Shown here one piece after another: positions 61,059 to 64,000 of a stretch of DNA of 64,000 bases; the first letter of the stretch is position 1; each line of letters opens with the position of its first letter. The DNA lies in the NCBI GenBank assembly GCA_964473825.1, contig CAYYQL010000001.1:1-64000 (forward strand). The letters are read 5' to 3'. The notes beneath the pieces are model-generated. The model saw only the letters and a list, made by a program, of their open reading frames with translations. It made no database searches and was not told where the DNA came from. Source of the DNA: an uncultured archaeon (GTDB taxonomy: Archaea > Asgardarchaeota > Thorarchaeia > Thorarchaeales > Thorarchaeaceae). Position numbers and translations under genes: made by a program.

Positions 61059-61569
61059 ATATAGTCCTCCCTTTTGACTTCAAGTGTAGAGTATGATGAT
61101 TTAAGCTTTGCACAGATATCGCTGAAACACTGTTCTAGGCTGTGAAATACGCATCAGGATTAGACAAGCTTATTAGGCACTATTCAGAGCATTAGTTCGT
61201 GGTCAGGTATCAATACGGCAGGGCCTAGTTTTGTAACATGCCCTCATTACACAAACTCCCCCCCTCCTACCACATAAGCTCTGTCGTGCCTGGCCACACC
61301 TCGGGGGACGAAACGAGATGCTACAAATACTTTCACTTCCACGCCATGCAAGTCACTTTGGAGAGATTACGAAACAAATCTGTCCGTGTATCGATAAATC
61401 GGTCTTTCTATATCATAACTCTGGGAAACGGACTATCAGCTATATTTCAGTCATTGTTTTCAACCTATTGAGGAATAAGCAAAGCTCAAACTTGTACGAA
61501 TTCAGCAAGGAAACACTTCGAGTTGTTAAGACTAGATGAGTGGTCCAAGGTTTTCCTCTAATGATCCTT

Positions 61570-62499
61570 TCAACTAGACTGGCCATGACTAAGTGACCGT
61601 ATTGCCTTTTGCAAGCCCCTTATCCCTGAAACTACTCTACCCATTCGTGAGAGAGGAATACCAACGTACATTTCATTATCGCCAAGTTTTCCTGCCGAGC
61701 GACAACCATAACATCCAAGACTGAAATTGATTGTGTTGCTCAGTATAGGCAGAGCTGTAACATCACCACATGATGCTTGCATACCTGCAAAGTTTGCTGT
61801 GATTCTTGGACCTCCTGCGTAAAAGAGAAGGGCATTGGCAACCCACATCGCTTGTCTGGGTGTTAGAATCAGAATAATTACATCTGGCTCAAATCGAGTA
61901 TTCTCAAGTGAAGATACAAGAGTTCCCTTGGTAGTTCCTAGTTCCACACGTGGAATTTCCTTCATGATTCTCGATGCGGCTTCTTGGCTACTAGCAAGAC
62001 CATGCATGTATGGGACTGTGCCGTTTTGGACCTTCTGAGGCAGTGGTGCTATGCCAAGAGCAGCCTTAGCGGCGCTACAAGCATGTGCTTCTGCGGGTAG
62101 AAGAAGGGCAGCACCTTGAGAAGCCATGTTTACAGAAATACAGTGCCGCAGTGGTGCCTTCATGGTCATTATATCTGCCGGAGCTTGTTCGTCATTTCTG
62201 ACAAGTCGAACAGCTACAGGATCTTTTCTCAACCCGAGCGTGTCCTTGAGGATTCTTGCCCATTCACAATATTCTTTCCTACCTTCCATTCTTGTGAAAA
62301 AACCAGAAATGTCAGAGTGATTTTGAACCACGATGGCATTTACTGGGCATTGATCTGCACATACACCACAGAGTGTGCATGAATCTTCATCAATAACCAT
62401 GGGGAAATCATCATGAATCTCAAAGACATCTGCGGGGCAAATCTCGACACATCGGCCACATGAGGTGCATCTTTCATTATTCAGTTGAATCTTCGACAA
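61570..62499 (-). CDS. 2x[4Fe-4S] ferredoxin fused to a DUF169 domain
   Basis: CTSCGRCVEICP, CTLCGVCADQCP; PVAV, HC, ACSAA..ALG, PDV, ASC, SLGCYGCR. Confidence 0.85.
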   Translation of the reverse strand: MSKIQLNNERCTSCGRCVEICPADVFEIHDDFPMVIDEDSCTLCGVCADQCPVNAIVVQNHSDISGFFTRMEGRKEYCEWARILKDTLGLRKDPVAVRLVRNDEQAPADIMTMKAPLRHCISVNMASQGAALLLPAEAHACSAAKAALGIAPLPQKVQNGTVPYMHGLASSQEAASRIMKEIPRVELGTTKGTLVSSLENTRFEPDVIILILTPRQAMWVANALLFYAGGPRITANFAGMQASCGDVTALPILSNTINFSLGCYGCRSAGKLGDNEMYVGIPLSRMGRVVSGIRGLQKAIRSLSHGQSS

Positions 62500-62573
62500 G
62501 AGCCAGTCAATCCTATTTGGTTTACAACACTAATCATATCAGATACTGAAACAACATCTTCATCCCTTTCTCA

Positions 62574-62720
62574 CTACGCGCTTACAATGGCCATTATCGC
62601 CCTCTCCAAGTCATCCTGTGATATGTAATCTAAGAAAGGCTTAGGAGTTGCTGCCAAGGGCGCTCGCTGCTCTTGGGATCCATATCACGGCTCAAGAAGA
62701 AAGCCCTCCGTGCGTCGTCT
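62574..62720 (-). pseudogene. Frameshifted remnant of a second DGC-domain gene
   Basis: LAATPKPFLDYISQDDLERAIMAIVSA* resembles LAGEPKPVMEYIAPDDLEKVAELIVEA of the adjacent gene. Confidence 0.6.
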
Positions 62721-62754
62721 GGACTCGCTGAGAACTACTCATTGCAGTGATGGA

Positions 62755-63186
62755 CTATGATATTTCTCCTATTGCCTCGACAATCAATTCTGCTACCTTT
62801 TCAAGATCATCAGGAGCAATATACTCCATGACCGGTTTTGGCTCACCAGCGAGGTCTCTTGCGAGACTGATCTTTGATATATCCGTATCTCGTGTGATGC
62901 ATATTGACGCCGTCGGTGTATATCCCGCTTTTTCAACAAGACGTTTGGCACATTCCTTGGGACACCCGTCAACTGTGATGATGCCTTTAGCTGAACGAGA
63001 CTTGTCATGAGCCGGCTGGTCGTCACATGCAAGTGAAGCCAGACATGAAATGCACGCTTTTCTCAAACCAACTTCTTTGACAGCCTCAAGTGCTGCAAGC
63101 CCTGCAATAAGTCCAGTATTCGATAATCCGCCATAACAGGTATAGATCAGAGATTCATGATTAACTGACATGATTTTGTTCCTCAT
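62755..63186 (-). CDS. DGC-domain putative zinc-binding protein
   Basis: YTCYGG.SNTG, SCLA, VDGCPKECA. Confidence 0.85.
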   Translation of the reverse strand: MRNKIMSVNHESLIYTCYGGLSNTGLIAGLAALEAVKEVGLRKACISCLASLACDDQPAHDKSRSAKGIITVDGCPKECAKRLVEKAGYTPTASICITRDTDISKISLARDLAGEPKPVMEYIAPDDLEKVAELIVEAIGEIS

Positions 63187-63580
63187 CTATTCATCGATAA
63201 ATCGCTATATTTAATATATTCGATTGTTGCTTCAAGGTCTAAAGGCTAATCCCTCTTGTTCCTGTCTGATGTTTCTCTTCGTGTAGAACCGTACGTTAAA
63301 TGTCAAACAACCGCTGATGGTGATGACAAGCATAAGGATGCCATCTGAACGTCTGAAGTGGGTATGCGAAGGGTCGCGTTAGAAGCACATCTACTCAAAG
63401 CTGAATGATCTCATGCAACCACTACAGCTCCAGAACAGTGACTATCACGCTGCTACTCGCAATCTGTCTTGGTCTATCGAAGCAGGTTACATCTTGTGAC
63501 TCGTAGTCCGCTCGATTATTGCAACTCGGGACATTTCTTTGGTTTCAAAGTCTAGTGTCCACGAACATATCATTTATATG

Positions 63581-63595
63581 TATAACAATGTTATA
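63581..63595. promoter_or_regulatory. Palindromic putative PadR operator TATAACA-A-TGTTATA
   Basis: Perfect 7-bp inverted repeat just upstream of the PadR gene. Confidence 0.45.
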
Positions 63596-63611
63596 TATGT
63601 ACGTGATGTAT

Positions 63612-63992
63612 ATGTGCGAACCACGACATGGTTTCTGTCATTTTCCCGGTAGAGGTCATGTTCAGTTACTGATTCTGCGACTGCTACATGCTAGTCCTTC
63701 GCATGGCTATCAGATAATGGAGGACTTGGAGCGGATCACCGCCGGAAATTATGTCCCCGAAACAGGCTCAATCTACACAATCCTCAGGAGGATGGAAAAG
63801 AAGGGGCTTGTGACATCGAAATGGAAAGACAACGAGTCGGGTGCTGATCGCAGAGTCTATACACTCACGAAAGATGGAATCAAAGTATTGCGGGAAGGGT
63901 TGAAGATGGTGAGGCAAAGAAGGCAATTGATGGATAGTCTCGTTCAGTATTACGACAAGCACTTTGCAGAACCGAAGGAAGGAGATGAGTGA
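63612..63992 (+). CDS. PadR family transcriptional regulator
   Basis: HGYQIM, GSIYTILRRMEKKGLV, RRVYTLT..G. Confidence 0.9.
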   Translation: MCEPRHGFCHFPGRGHVQLLILRLLHASPSHGYQIMEDLERITAGNYVPETGSIYTILRRMEKKGLVTSKWKDNESGADRRVYTLTKDGIKVLREGLKMVRQRRQLMDSLVQYYDKHFAEPKEGDE

Positions 63993-64000
63993 TTTGGAAA

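Noticed and set aside
1-64000. tRNA or rRNA genes, including at the att site
   Set aside because: None recognised by eye; the att core lies in a protein-coding gene

Overview
This is an archaeal chromosome segment, most consistent with an Asgard (Thorarchaeota-like) genome; that assignment is inferred from gene content and was not tested. Positions 1-42 kb are host DNA. They hold TPR and WD40/helical proteins next to a three-gene operon (long coiled-coil protein, divergent CetZ/tubulin-like GTPase, unknown protein), ADP-forming acyl-CoA synthetase, type-2 IDI, a compact de novo purine cluster (purN-F-P-P'-C/S-Q-L-E/M-D-guaA, with two fusions), an HDAC, DNA ligase and other housekeeping genes. 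Positions 42308-58553 are a ~16.2-kb integrated element bounded by a 10-bp direct repeat (TCTGGTACAT) that splits a small membrane-protein gene; precise excision would restore that gene in frame. The element encodes a tyrosine integrase, two unrelated putative replicative ATPases with a shared C-terminal domain, a Rad52-like annealing protein, its own TFB, RHH/wHTH regulators, a PIN toxin module and a CPBP protease, with no recognisable capsid or conjugation genes. Its left half carries 12 exact copies of an unexplained motif (core CTCGTTGGTAA) in both orientations, which bracket gene modules and overlap stop codons. This is the best candidate for an undescribed system (cassette/shufflon-like recombination sites or a partition/nucleoprotein site array). 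Host genes resume at 58.5-64 kb.
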